Source of the DNA: Candidatus Omnitrophota bacterium
GTDB lineage: Bacteria; Omnitrophota; Gorgyraeia; 2-01-FULL-45-10
Assembly: GCA_041650935.1 (NCBI GenBank)
Contig: JBAZKH010000004.1
Location: 5,040-69,039 of the forward strand
Reading direction: 5' to 3'
DNA length: 64,000 nucleotides
Shown here: one piece after another, positions 17,223 through 26,798 of the stretch
Numbering within the stretch: the first letter of the stretch is position 1
Layout: every line of letters begins with the position of its first letter
Program-made: the position numbers and the translations under genes
The notes under the pieces: model-generated
Databases searched by the model: none
The model's input: the letters and a program-made list of their open reading frames with translations, nothing else
What the model was told of the DNA's origin: nothing

Positions 17223-20200
17223 ATGATGCGAAAATTAATTTCGGTTCTAGTAATCCAGTCTTTCCTTCTCTCTAACATCGCGTTCGCGGAAACCCTTCAA
17301 ACCAAACCCAATACGCCGCAAAATACCCAAACTCTTACAAATGCTTCGAGTATCGCAATCGAAAAAGAGTACGGGCTCATCAAGTCCAGGTTTATGGGCA
17401 ATTCCAACAAACTGATAGTAAATATCCAGGACGCCCATTGTAACTATGAGGCACAGACCAATATAGTCCGTATCTTAGAGACGCTTATAAAGAATCATAA
17501 TCTCAGCCTGATATCGGTCGAAGGCGCGGACGGCATCATCGATACGACATGGTTCAAGGCTTTCCCGGATGAAGAGGTGCGCAAAGAGGTCGCGACCTAC
17601 TTCATGAAGAAAGGCGAGATCACCGGTCCGGAATTCCTATCCATAACCCAGAACTATGCGATAAAATTATTCGGCGCGGAAGATAGAGCCGCCTATATAC
17701 AGAATTTAAACGCGTTTACATCCAGTTATCCGCTCAAGGCCGATACCGAAAAGTACTATAATTCGATAAAAGGCGCCCTCAATAAATTAAAAGGTTTCAT
17801 ATATTCTAACGAACTGCGGGCGATGGACGCCAAAGCCGCGGATTACGACTCAAAGAAGATGCAATTTAACGATTATATACGCTTTTTACAGGAGATGGCC
17901 GAGAGGCGTAAGCTTAACGTAAGAAGCTACGAGAACTTCTTCAGGCTCGTAAGCGTACTCGGCTACGAGAAGAAGATAGACTTCAACGTAACCGACAGGG
18001 AAAGAAGCGCCCTCATCGACGAACTCTCCAAGCTCCTGGATAAGGACGGCTTGAGCGACATGGTGGCGCAGTCGATAGCGTTCAAGTCGGGCAAGATATC
18101 GTCCGTGGACTTTTATGCCTATCTAAAGAAATGCACTATCGATAAGAATATCGACCTCGCTAAGAAGTACCCCAACCTCTACAACTATATAATATATAAC
18201 TCCGTATATTCCAAGATCGATAACGAACGGCTCTTCACCGAGATAAAGACGGTAGAGACCGATATAAAGGAACGGCTCTTCACGAACGACGACCAGAGGA
18301 CGCTCGATAAACTGTCGCGCCATATCGATATCCTGATCGGCATGGTGAATATAAAACTATTGAACGGCGATTTTAACTATTACCAGACGCACAAGGATGA
18401 CTTTACGCACGACTCTTTCGCCGGCTTTATAAAGAAGAAGGGCGAGCAGTACGGCCTTGCCTATGCCCTCGAGCCTCCGAGCGATGCGGTCGCGAAGGCT
18501 ATGCCGAAGCTCGAAGACTTCTACATGATCGCCACAAAGCGCGATAAGGCGCTGGTCGAGAATACCTTAAAGGAGATGGACAGGGAGAAACAGTCGATAG
18601 CGGTGCTCGTTACGGGCGGTTTCCATTCCGAAGGCATGTCCAGACTGCTCGAGAAGAGCGGCGTATCATATATAGTAGTATGCCCGACCATCACAAAGGA
18701 TGTACCATCGCCTTATATCCAGATACTTACGAACCAGAGAACGCCAATAGAAGATATATTGACGGCCCCGGACACAGCGAAACAGCGCATGCTTGCTCCG
18801 ATAAGCCGGGCACAGCTCGTTACGATGGAGCCCAAGAAACTCAAAGTATTCTTAAGGGCCTCTCCCGTAGAAGACGCCAAGACAAAAGACCTCATAGAAA
18901 GAGTCATAGACAATAATGTGGAGTTCAGGGATGACTGGTTCTTTGCCATTATGAGGGATTGGCTCAGGAAGACAGTGGCTGTTAATCCCAACCATCGCTT
19001 AACGCGCGAAAAGGCGGCTATGCTGGAGGCATACATGATGGGTATGCAGCTCAGCCTCGAAAATTGTCTGCATGAAACATGGCCGCGCCAGTCCGATGCC
19101 AAGATTACCGCCCAGGCGAAAAAGATGCTGGAAGCGATAGCGGCAACGCCCGGGTTCAATGATGCGTTTGAGCGGGCATTCACTGCCGTTGCGCCCAAAG
19201 CCGAACTCGATATGATACGAGCAAGTGCTAAGCCGGCAGGCAAAATATCTCTTGCCGAAGCCTACTCCTCACCCGAATTATTCAATGCATACATATTACA
19301 GGCGATGAAAGAGTTGACGAAAGTTATCCCTGAGCTCCCGCGTATTATGAGCGAATACTCTGCATGGAGAACAGCCGAAGTAGAGCCGCTAGAGGCACAA
19401 CTCGCAGATATGCAAAAGCGCTTTGATGGCATGGAATCCGATCCGCAAGCCGACGCTACAGCCGTTGCCGCGCTCAAGGAAGAGATAAGGGTTCTCACCA
19501 AGAAGATCGGGGATATGATAAAGAAGAAGGTCGAGCCTGTAGATGATCTTATTTCCGAAAAGTATAATCAGTCTGTCGCCGAGTCATATGTCGGTTCTCT
19601 CGAGAATATATCGACCGATAACTTTTTTAAGGATATACCATTACTCGAAGACTTCATGAAATCACCGGAATTTCCTCAATATCTTGAGCAGGCACGCGCA
19701 TTGACCGCCAGTACCGAATGCGGTTATATTGACACATTCGCCGGCGCGGCCTCGCGTCTGTTTGGTGAAGGCCAGAAAGCCGACCCTACCAAATCGCACG
19801 CCGCAGCCGATGTCTATGATATTGCCGACAGGATGGGTAAAAAGATACCCGCGGATGGCATCAAGGACCTTAGCGTAATCACACGTATAGCCGTCCAGAG
19901 ATGGCTTAATATAGAGGAAGAGCTAAAGAAAAAATACGAGCGAGCCGGTATAAAAAAGACGGATAAACAAATTATTAAAGAACGGCAAAAGATCATACGG
20001 AACAGGCCGTGGACTATTATAATAAACGACGAAAGCGGTTTTCCGCTTATGCAGGAGATAATAAAGAATAATTTTTACGGTCATAATCCCGAACACGTGC
20101 TTTTTGTGGTCCAACCTACATTCCACGGATATGGTTTTAATGCATCGGGAAAACCTATATGCATGACGAATACCAAGCCTACCCCTGTCGGGCATGGCTC

Positions 20201-23200
20201 CGGCACTATGCAGGTCGTCGCGAATAACAGGGCTTTCTGGATAGACGCCAAAGGCGCTATTCATAATATTAAGGAAGACGCGGAGTCTTATCTGCGCAAA
20301 AGAACGGGAGTGAAGTACTGGATACAGGGCCGCGTAAATGATTTGATAGTAATGGGGTATTCGTCATCACCCCATCCGACCCTTTCGCCGTATGATATCG
20401 ACATGGGCATCATGGCCCTTGCGCTCAAGATGATGGGAAATCCCGACAGGCTCGATGAGGGCAAGAACGCGGTATTGGAGCAGACCCGTACGGATCCGAG
20501 GATAAAGGGCGGGACGCCTCTGGCGCTTAATGGAAAACATTTCTTGATGGAAAAAGTCGCAATGAATGCCAAGACCAGAAAAGTCGTTATAGGCCCCAAT
20601 CCACAGAACAGGTTCTATATCTATTATAAATGGATCGCCCTGCAGGAGATGAAGAAGCAGGGGCTCCCGGTCTATTTCAGGTTCCGGGACGGATTTATAT
20701 ATCCGGAGACGGTTACCGGCGACCTCACAATGCTGAAAAATATGAACGCAGGTTTCGCGATGGAGGCTTCACGTCAACTCGACGATTTTAAGAATCCGGA
20801 GACGGCGGACCAGGCCGTTGAGGCCAGTGATAGGCAGGATAAAAGGCCCGGCTTCGCAAGATGCATCGATGAGTTAAGGGCGTCCCAGAAAGATACCAGG
20901 ATCACCGGTATAGAATTGGTCCCAGATATAGCAAGGCACGTCGGCGCCGGCCCCGCCGGGACTCAAGCCCAGGGCGGGACAGGCGCGATACGCGCTAACG
21001 GTGAAGGCGTCTCGGCCGAGGATCATGGCGTCAGGACGAGCATCGCAGGCATACCTGCTGAGAAAAGGCTCTATGCCGAACGGACCCTGAACGGAATAAT
21101 TAGGAAGTTGATAGATTTTAATAGGCAGGCCGCTTCGCTTTTGCCCTATCATAATGTAGATAGTTATTCTGACCGGACGATACCCGAACTAGCGAAGGAA
21201 AACAATGTAGGCGTTAAAGGGGCCGATCTTGATAAGGTAAAAGAGTTGCAAGGAAAAGTGGAAACCAAATTCCCGGGGTTGAATTTTGTCATACTGAGAG
21301 GGCTTAAAGAAGAACTTGTAAAAAATAATATTACGCCGGACCTTTACTTCCATTACGGCCATATTAGAAGCTCCATATATGTGGATGAGGTTGACTTCCT
21401 GTATCTCTTATCGCTTCCGGACGGTTTAGATCTTATGATGGAGGCAATATGCCATGAAGTAGAGCATATAAAAAATCCGCAGCGTAACGGCGAGACGGAT
21501 GTCGAATACGAAGCGAGGATCGAGGGTATCGCATTGACAAAGAACGTCCGCGCGGCGCTTAACGAAAGAGACCTTGTCAATAATGTGCAGAAATTATCAA
21601 GAGTAGGGAATGGTATAGTGGCAGGTGCCGGTCTTACGGACATACATGGACGAAAATTCACACCCGACGGGCGTTTCTTTACCGCCGACGGCGAGATGAC
21701 GGAAGGCCTGAAAAAGTTTATGGACAGCCTCGACGAAGCGTCCGTCCAGCAGGCGCTCGAAGCGGGCATTATGTATTACGATATCCGTTCACCGTTCTGG
21801 AGAGACGGCGCCGACAAAGGGCATCCCGAATTTGCTGTTGCTTTTGCCTTTGCTTTCGCGAAAAAACTTCAGCAGAAGACCGGAAAAAAAGACGGCATAG
21901 TCCTTCACATAGGAGTCGATTGCTATAATAAACACTTTGAAGCGGCCCAGATTTTTGTGGATGCCATATTGCGCACCGGTATATGCGATAACGGAGGCGG
22001 TATCTATTACTGGGGCGTGATAAACGGCGGAGATATGCGTAATTATGCCCAACTCTATGATGCGGTAAACGGCACCGGCGGTAACTGGGCATTTTTTACC
22101 ATGAGTCATGTTAAAAATGACTTTTTAGGCGCAAAACTGGGTATCGATTCCCAGGTCTACTGCGGTCCTGAAGTGCGGCATTGCGAAGGCGTCACAAGCG
22201 GCACGTTGACCGATGCTATTGAGGAAAGAGATTTTGCTCCAATTAAGCATACAAAACCGGAAGGGAACATTGTGACCATTTCCAAGTTCCTGGATAATAA
22301 TATACAGGTAGCCGCGGATATGATCCGGGCAACTTCTGCCCCGAAGAATACTCCTACGAAAGAACTTCTGAAAGGCGCCAAGCTTTGTGTCGACATGAAT
22401 GGAAGCCCGATAGGTAAGAATCTCGTTGATATACTTAATGCTTTGGGCGCGGATGTAATGGTCGATAACGGAGTGCTTGAGCCTGATTATAAGACTGACT
22501 ATATAATCGATCCCAATGAGCATAAAAAAGATGCGATGAAGCGCCTGCGGGCTAAAGCCAAAGAGATCGGCCGTGTCATATTAGCAGTTGATCCCGACGG
22601 TGACAGAGGTTCTATAGTAGCCGTGGGGCCGGACGGTAACCCCGTATCGCTAAGCGGCGCGAAACTCTTGCTCTTAAGTATGGAACAACTCGCCATCAGC
22701 TATTATAAGCAGGGAAAGACGCTCACTATCATAAACGATATGAGGACTGGAGTGAGCGCGCGTGATCTGGCGAATGCGATCAATGATAAATATAGGAAGG
22801 AACTGGGGGGTAAGGATTTAGTCAGGGTCATTCCCCACGAGGCAGGATATCCTTTCTTTATGAGAGGCATGGCCGCGCTTCCTGCGGACCTGGCCGTAGA
22901 AAATACGACACATGCCTTTACTAACCCCATGACCAATACAAACTGGGGAGCGCCAAAAGATTATAAGCGGCCCGATGGAAAAGGATATCAGGGCGGGGAC
23001 AATGCCGCGCTTTATCTCATATCTTTATTGGGCGCCATGGTCCATCAGTGGGATGGTAGAAACCCGGTTGAACAGCTTGACTGGATAGAGAAGAATTACA
23101 ACCTCAGGCCGACGGTCGATGAGGAAAGAAAGCCTGCACTGGCAAAAGAAGACGATAGATTTAAATACATGGTTGCTGACAGGATGAAAGAGCTGGCCGA

Positions 23201-26200
23201 TCAATGGTTTGCGGGTGATGAACGGTTCCTAGTCAATTTTAACGACCCTAAAGTAACGGTGGTAAGCGGAGTCCATATAACCAATAGCATTACGGGGGCC
23301 ATGATGCTGGTGAGGTTCTCCAATACAGGAGCGACCTTTACAATATCCGGCGAAGCATATAAGGGCGTGGAAGGCCACGAGACAGATGAGCTTTATGAAA
23401 TGTTGGGGTTAGGGCAGCTTATCATTAAAACGGCAGTGGAGCAATTACAGGCGGAAGGCAATAATTTTACATTTGATCTGGCAGATGCCTCCGACCTGGC
23501 AGGAAAATTTGACGTAAACAGGTACTTCCCGCAAGGGTTACCCGGCGTGGCGAATGGACTCGCCGCTTCGGATCTTGAGAAAGCACTCGGTAAGTCTGAC
23601 AAAGTAGTTTTGCTCGGCAATGCCGAGGTAGCTACTTATGCGGCACGGTGCGGCACAGATAAGGCTATGGCCATTCCACACGGGTTCTTTAATATTAACC
23701 CTCAAGCCGCGGCGCCGAAAGATCTAACCATCAGTGTAGTGGGCTCGGTGACCACATGGTCGGATATGAGGTGGGTAAAAGACGTTGTAGGCTTGGTGAA
23801 GGAGATTAGAAGGCGGTCTGTTGAAACAAAAGCTCTTGGTTATGTGGCCGGTAAATTTGTTCCGTATAAGAATCCGGACGGAACCGTCGTAGATGAATTG
23901 AGAGAGTTAAGAACGAACCCGGACTGCATTATATTGAAAGCAGAAGATCTGGAGAGTGCATATAGGCAAACAGGCGGATTTACCGATCTAGCTTCATTTA
24001 AAACATGGCTATGGGAACGATCGGACGGAGGCAAAATTGTAATTGTCGACGGTGAAATAAATAAGGAAGAAGTGAAAAAGTTGCAGGCGTCTCTGGTTGA
24101 TTTCAATACTCAGATGTACAGGGAGTTATTGAATGGTTTCGAGCCTAAGGTAGAATATTCCGGCACTCTTCACGAGAATCCGGGTAGCTCGATTCCCGTG
24201 GTTTTTGAATCTCCTTCTATGACGGATGTCGCGTCAGAAGGTCTCAATATGGTAACTGTTAAGTTTGGACCCGACGGCAAGGTAGATTTTTCAGGGGCGG
24301 CGCAACGTATTATCGAATTGATAGGAAACCCTGCAATGTATAACGAACAACGCGCCCAGAGTTTAGCGGCGGCGCAGAAGTTGACAATGGCAGACGTCGC
24401 TTCCAGATATTTGGATGTTGCAAGAAAAGCGGCCTCAAAGAAGCCGGGCGAGGCCATACGTATCGCTATCGTTACGCCTATTTCTTTGAGAAACTACGGA
24501 GAAATATTGAATAACGGTTTTAGCGCATTAAACGCGGAAAACATAGTCGTGGATCTACTTGTGCCAAACGACAGTGAGGCTATGGGTGCGTTTGTTGCAC
24601 GAGTAAAAGACGGCCATTACGATGTCAATATACTACAGCTGCATGGAGCGCACACTGAAAAGCCTGTAGCTTTTGAGGATTTTGGAGATACTAAGAATGT
24701 CCTCCTCGTTCACAGGCCGGAAGAGGTTTTGGCGAGGGAGAAGACGGGCGTGACTCCGGATCGGGCTACTCGCGATAAAACGACGGATGCGTCGCGCTCA
24801 GACGGCACGATCGACAAGAACCAGGCGAAGATCGTAGACCTGTCAGGTTACGCGGGGCTCGACATAAAACTGACGAGCGGGACCGGGGAGCTGATTTTAG
24901 GCGGGAATATAGTATCCGAGCCGAAATGGGTAAGACCGCTCGCGGCCGCCGGCAACAGCATAATGAATCCGGGTGCCATAACAAGCGTGAATCGCGATAG
25001 GGTCGTATACTACGGGTATAGGAACGTGGCGGCCCGGCAGAGCGCCTCGGCTGTAGATCATAACCACCTGAGGTTCGATATAACGGTGCTTCAGCCCGGC
25101 GTTGTAGCGGCGGGCGCCGACGAAGAATTCATAATGACGAAAGGGCACATCCATCCCAGCCGCCGGGTAGTGTTTACCGATACGACTTCGCAGCCTGCTC
25201 CGGTCTGGTATCCCGAATTCTACGAAGTATGGAGCGGATACGCGCTATATGTCCAGCAGGGCAGGAATCCCGAAACCGGCGAGTTCGAAGTCGAGGTTAC
25301 ATTCGCTAAGCCCGGCGACAAGGTACTGCTCAAGCCCGGTTATTCGCACAGGACGGTCAATATAGGTAATGAGCCGCTTGTTATGGCGAACTGGATAGCC
25401 GAAGACGTCGGAGGGAAGAACGCGAGAGTAGAAGGCGAAGAGAGGTACGATGTAAGTAAAAAACCCGCGGAAACTGTCGCGCCTGCAGTGAGGCCGGACT
25501 TCTCGGAGATAGAGCGGAAGAATGGATATGCTTATTGGGTAGAACGTACTCCGGAAGGCGGCATCCGTTTCGAATTTAATCCGAATTATTCACCCGCCGA
25601 GGACCTTGGTTACGGGCCGCGGCGCGCGCAGCTTCGTTACGCGACGCCTGCCGCCGCAATACCGGCGCTCGGCCTTTCGAATAGCGAGCCGATGTATAAG
25701 CAAGCCGCTAATAGCGCGCTTAGCAGTTTCTTAAGAGGCGGCATGTCGGCTCCGGAAAGACGGGCCGAGTATAATGAATTGGCGGCTGCGGCATCTAATA
25801 AGGAAACAAAGGCAACGTTTGAAAGCAAGATACGGCAAGCTTTACCGGATGTTACGGTTACGGCTCCTCCGTCGAAGGGTGGGGCAAAAGCCGTGGAAAG
25901 CGATACTGCGGCAATTACGGATGACATAGATCCATTCGTAATTAAAACAGTGGAAGATGCTACGGGCGGCAAGCCTCTTACAGGGCCTAATGCCATAGAG
26001 ATCATGGCCAGCATTAAGCATGAAGGCGCGCTTTTGTGGTCGATTCTAGAGGATATCAGTAAAAAGAAGTTTGCCGGGAAAAAGGTCAAGCAGGTCGTCC
26101 TTTTGAGGGACACCGACCTTTATCCTACAAGCCTGGCACATTCGGGCGAAGATGCCGTGAAAAAGTATCTTGGGGATACGCTAATAGAAGTGTCCGGCAG

Positions 26201-26666
26201 AGGAAGCAGCCTCCTGGATAATGCGCGTAGGCAGCTGACTCAGCTTATTGACGTGGAGGGTAAAACCCCGGGTGAGGATTTTGTAGTGGTTACCTTGACG
26301 GGAAATAATACCTTGGCCGAGATTTCCGGGGTACAAGCGGAAAACCTGACTCCGGAGGTCTTAAACGGTAATGAAAAGATCAAAGATCTCGGCAAAATAT
26401 TAAGCATCCAGACGACGGAAGGGCATATACTGCCGCCGATAATCGGTTTATATGCCGTCGCATTGCGTCTTGCCAACGATACAGGTGAAGAGAATATATT
26501 GCGGTGCCTTAATAGCATCGCGTGGAATGGCCGGCCCAACCAGCCATTTACCGTAGCTGACCTGGCTCGAGGCGTACTTGTAATATTGCCGAGGGTCGGC
26601 CCGGTCAACTACACCGAGGTCGTAGAGGCATTTAAAGCGGCGGAAGCGGTACTGCGGGCATTATAA
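17223..26666 (+). CDS. Giant secreted or membrane-anchored multidomain protein (3,147 aa). Domain order: signal peptide, TraB/GumN-like, UDP-sugar pyrophosphorylase-like, phosphohexomutase-like, cupin-type phosphoglucose-isomerase-like.
   Basis: Start ATG with a good RBS. N-terminus MMRKLISVLVIQSFLLSNIAFA|ETLQ is a Sec-type signal peptide. Single ORF to TAA at 26664-26666. A REP and an intrinsic terminator follow. Confidence 0.85.
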   Translation: MMRKLISVLVIQSFLLSNIAFAETLQTKPNTPQNTQTLTNASSIAIEKEYGLIKSRFMGNSNKLIVNIQDAHCNYEAQTNIVRILETLIKNHNLSLISVEGADGIIDTTWFKAFPDEEVRKEVATYFMKKGEITGPEFLSITQNYAIKLFGAEDRAAYIQNLNAFTSSYPLKADTEKYYNSIKGALNKLKGFIYSNELRAMDAKAADYDSKKMQFNDYIRFLQEMAERRKLNVRSYENFFRLVSVLGYEKKIDFNVTDRERSALIDELSKLLDKDGLSDMVAQSIAFKSGKISSVDFYAYLKKCTIDKNIDLAKKYPNLYNYIIYNSVYSKIDNERLFTEIKTVETDIKERLFTNDDQRTLDKLSRHIDILIGMVNIKLLNGDFNYYQTHKDDFTHDSFAGFIKKKGEQYGLAYALEPPSDAVAKAMPKLEDFYMIATKRDKALVENTLKEMDREKQSIAVLVTGGFHSEGMSRLLEKSGVSYIVVCPTITKDVPSPYIQILTNQRTPIEDILTAPDTAKQRMLAPISRAQLVTMEPKKLKVFLRASPVEDAKTKDLIERVIDNNVEFRDDWFFAIMRDWLRKTVAVNPNHRLTREKAAMLEAYMMGMQLSLENCLHETWPRQSDAKITAQAKKMLEAIAATPGFNDAFERAFTAVAPKAELDMIRASAKPAGKISLAEAYSSPELFNAYILQAMKELTKVIPELPRIMSEYSAWRTAEVEPLEAQLADMQKRFDGMESDPQADATAVAALKEEIRVLTKKIGDMIKKKVEPVDDLISEKYNQSVAESYVGSLENISTDNFFKDIPLLEDFMKSPEFPQYLEQARALTASTECGYIDTFAGAASRLFGEGQKADPTKSHAAADVYDIADRMGKKIPADGIKDLSVITRIAVQRWLNIEEELKKKYERAGIKKTDKQIIKERQKIIRNRPWTIIINDESGFPLMQEIIKNNFYGHNPEHVLFVVQPTFHGYGFNASGKPICMTNTKPTPVGHGSGTMQVVANNRAFWIDAKGAIHNIKEDAESYLRKRTGVKYWIQGRVNDLIVMGYSSSPHPTLSPYDIDMGIMALALKMMGNPDRLDEGKNAVLEQTRTDPRIKGGTPLALNGKHFLMEKVAMNAKTRKVVIGPNPQNRFYIYYKWIALQEMKKQGLPVYFRFRDGFIYPETVTGDLTMLKNMNAGFAMEASRQLDDFKNPETADQAVEASDRQDKRPGFARCIDELRASQKDTRITGIELVPDIARHVGAGPAGTQAQGGTGAIRANGEGVSAEDHGVRTSIAGIPAEKRLYAERTLNGIIRKLIDFNRQAASLLPYHNVDSYSDRTIPELAKENNVGVKGADLDKVKELQGKVETKFPGLNFVILRGLKEELVKNNITPDLYFHYGHIRSSIYVDEVDFLYLLSLPDGLDLMMEAICHEVEHIKNPQRNGETDVEYEARIEGIALTKNVRAALNERDLVNNVQKLSRVGNGIVAGAGLTDIHGRKFTPDGRFFTADGEMTEGLKKFMDSLDEASVQQALEAGIMYYDIRSPFWRDGADKGHPEFAVAFAFAFAKKLQQKTGKKDGIVLHIGVDCYNKHFEAAQIFVDAILRTGICDNGGGIYYWGVINGGDMRNYAQLYDAVNGTGGNWAFFTMSHVKNDFLGAKLGIDSQVYCGPEVRHCEGVTSGTLTDAIEERDFAPIKHTKPEGNIVTISKFLDNNIQVAADMIRATSAPKNTPTKELLKGAKLCVDMNGSPIGKNLVDILNALGADVMVDNGVLEPDYKTDYIIDPNEHKKDAMKRLRAKAKEIGRVILAVDPDGDRGSIVAVGPDGNPVSLSGAKLLLLSMEQLAISYYKQGKTLTIINDMRTGVSARDLANAINDKYRKELGGKDLVRVIPHEAGYPFFMRGMAALPADLAVENTTHAFTNPMTNTNWGAPKDYKRPDGKGYQGGDNAALYLISLLGAMVHQWDGRNPVEQLDWIEKNYNLRPTVDEERKPALAKEDDRFKYMVADRMKELADQWFAGDERFLVNFNDPKVTVVSGVHITNSITGAMMLVRFSNTGATFTISGEAYKGVEGHETDELYEMLGLGQLIIKTAVEQLQAEGNNFTFDLADASDLAGKFDVNRYFPQGLPGVANGLAASDLEKALGKSDKVVLLGNAEVATYAARCGTDKAMAIPHGFFNINPQAAAPKDLTISVVGSVTTWSDMRWVKDVVGLVKEIRRRSVETKALGYVAGKFVPYKNPDGTVVDELRELRTNPDCIILKAEDLESAYRQTGGFTDLASFKTWLWERSDGGKIVIVDGEINKEEVKKLQASLVDFNTQMYRELLNGFEPKVEYSGTLHENPGSSIPVVFESPSMTDVASEGLNMVTVKFGPDGKVDFSGAAQRIIELIGNPAMYNEQRAQSLAAAQKLTMADVASRYLDVARKAASKKPGEAIRIAIVTPISLRNYGEILNNGFSALNAENIVVDLLVPNDSEAMGAFVARVKDGHYDVNILQLHGAHTEKPVAFEDFGDTKNVLLVHRPEEVLAREKTGVTPDRATRDKTTDASRSDGTIDKNQAKIVDLSGYAGLDIKLTSGTGELILGGNIVSEPKWVRPLAAAGNSIMNPGAITSVNRDRVVYYGYRNVAARQSASAVDHNHLRFDITVLQPGVVAAGADEEFIMTKGHIHPSRRVVFTDTTSQPAPVWYPEFYEVWSGYALYVQQGRNPETGEFEVEVTFAKPGDKVLLKPGYSHRTVNIGNEPLVMANWIAEDVGGKNARVEGEERYDVSKKPAETVAPAVRPDFSEIERKNGYAYWVERTPEGGIRFEFNPNYSPAEDLGYGPRRAQLRYATPAAAIPALGLSNSEPMYKQAANSALSSFLRGGMSAPERRAEYNELAAAASNKETKATFESKIRQALPDVTVTAPPSKGGAKAVESDTAAITDDIDPFVIKTVEDATGGKPLTGPNAIEIMASIKHEGALLWSILEDISKKKFAGKKVKQVVLLRDTDLYPTSLAHSGEDAVKKYLGDTLIEVSGRGSSLLDNARRQLTQLIDVEGKTPGEDFVVVTLTGNNTLAEISGVQAENLTPEVLNGNEKIKDLGKILSIQTTEGHILPPIIGLYAVALRLANDTGEENILRCLNSIAWNGRPNQPFTVADLARGVLVILPRVGPVNYTEVVEAFKAAEAVLRAL
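17390..18700 (+). other. TraB/GumN (Tiki-like) family domain.
   Basis: N-terminal ...KLIVNIQDAHCNYEAQTNIVRIL...ISVEG and C-terminal ...SIAVLVTGGFHSEGMSRLLEKSG match the family hallmarks (LVGTAHVS... and ...VVGAGHLxG). Confidence 0.45.
19650..20700 (+). other. UDP-sugar pyrophosphorylase (UDPGP family)-like region.
   Basis: FAGAASRLFG (19737-19766) resembles the AGGQGTRLG nucleotide loop. PVGHGSG (20184-20204) resembles the P(P)GHGD motif of UGPase/UAP enzymes. Confidence 0.4.
21700..23350 (+). other. Alpha-D-phosphohexomutase (PGM/PMM)-like region.
   Basis: TMSHVKNDFLGAKL (Ser-His at 22104-22109) resembles the TASHNPxxxNGxK phosphoserine loop. AVDPDGDRGSIV (22591-22608) matches the metal-binding DxDGDR loop. 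Confidence 0.5.
25000..25450 (+). other. Cupin-type phosphoglucose isomerase-like signature.
   Basis: TKGHIHP...PEFYEV (TxGHxH...ExY) and KPGYSHRTVNIGNEPL (Px3Hx3N) are the two cPGI signature motifs, found in order within one cupin-sized segment. Confidence 0.45.
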
Positions 26667-26674
26667 TCATCTCT

Positions 26675-26692
26675 TTCCACCCCGGGGTGGAA
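26675..26692. repeat. REP family B copy 2: palindrome ttccaccccggggtggaa.
   Basis: Begins 9 nt after the ORF2 stop. Identical core to 17091-17112. Confidence 0.6.
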
Positions 26693-26703
26693 GCCATGTG
26701 AAT

Positions 26704-26740
26704 TGTGGGGGAGGCCAAAAACCTCCCCCACAGTTTTTTT
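26704..26740 (+). terminator. Rho-independent terminator after ORF2.
   Basis: An 11-bp GC-rich stem tgtgggggagg / cctcccccaca with loop ccaaaaa, followed by TTTTTTT (26734-26740). Confidence 0.75.
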
Positions 26741-26762
26741 GGGATATTTATTCCTGTCCATA

Positions 26763-26771
26763 TGCTATAAT
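26763..26771 (+). promoter_or_regulatory. Extended -10 element TGcTATAAT for the HAMP-protein / GH144 operon.
   Basis: TG at 26763-26764 and TATAAT at 26766-26771, with only a weak -35. It lies 28 nt before the ATG at 26799, which has RBS AAAGGAAAA. Confidence 0.3.
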
Positions 26772-26798
26772 TATACTAATAAACGAAAGGAAAACGGT

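Noticed and set aside
21400-21520. An HEVEH (HExxH) motif in ORF2, possibly marking a zincin protease domain.
   Set aside because: An isolated pentapeptide in a soluble region with no third ligand or surrounding zincin signature. It was not scored, unlike the M50-like HExxH motifs of ORF1, which sit inside TM helices with a matching second motif.
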